Shown here: positions 63,969 through 64,000 of the stretch, piece by piece | Numbering within the stretch: the first letter of the stretch is position 1 | Layout: the number at the start of each line of letters is the position of its first letter | DNA from: Octopus bimaculoides | Lineage: Eukaryota | NCBI RefSeq assembly: GCF_001194135.2 | Contig: NC_068985.1 | Span: forward strand, 33,388,254-33,452,253 | DNA: 64,000 bases | Direction of reading: 5' to 3' | The notes under the pieces: model-generated | Database searches by the model: none | The model's input: the letters and a program-made list of their open reading frames with translations, nothing else | Told to the model about the DNA's origin: nothing | Program-made: the position numbers and the translations under genes

Positions 63969-64000
63969 CATATGTATATATATATATATGTATATATATA

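Overview
AT-rich, repeat-dominated animal genomic DNA, about 4.2 kb of it N gaps, nearly all beside microsatellites. The SINE and RTE repeat complement looks like an octopus (coleoid cephalopod) genome; this is inferred from recalled repeat motifs, not from a database search. No intact multi-exon gene can be shown. The window is mostly decayed mobile elements: several tRNA-headed SINE families, RTE LINEs with a 66-bp tandem-repeat 3' tail, at least five Penelope-like element (PLE) remnants, R4/Dong-type RLE LINEs in microsatellites, L1/Tx1 and CR1/L2 fragments, mariner (D34D) and maT-like (D37D) transposons, MITEs and a Helentron-type HINE. A CpG-retaining segment at about 57.3-60.2 kb holds two convergent candidate first coding exons. 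The most striking unannotated signal is a set of type I hammerhead ribozymes: seven motifs from at least five sequence families, folded by hand. Several have intact cores and palindromic stem III. Two copies of one family bracket the candidate promoter region in inverted orientation.
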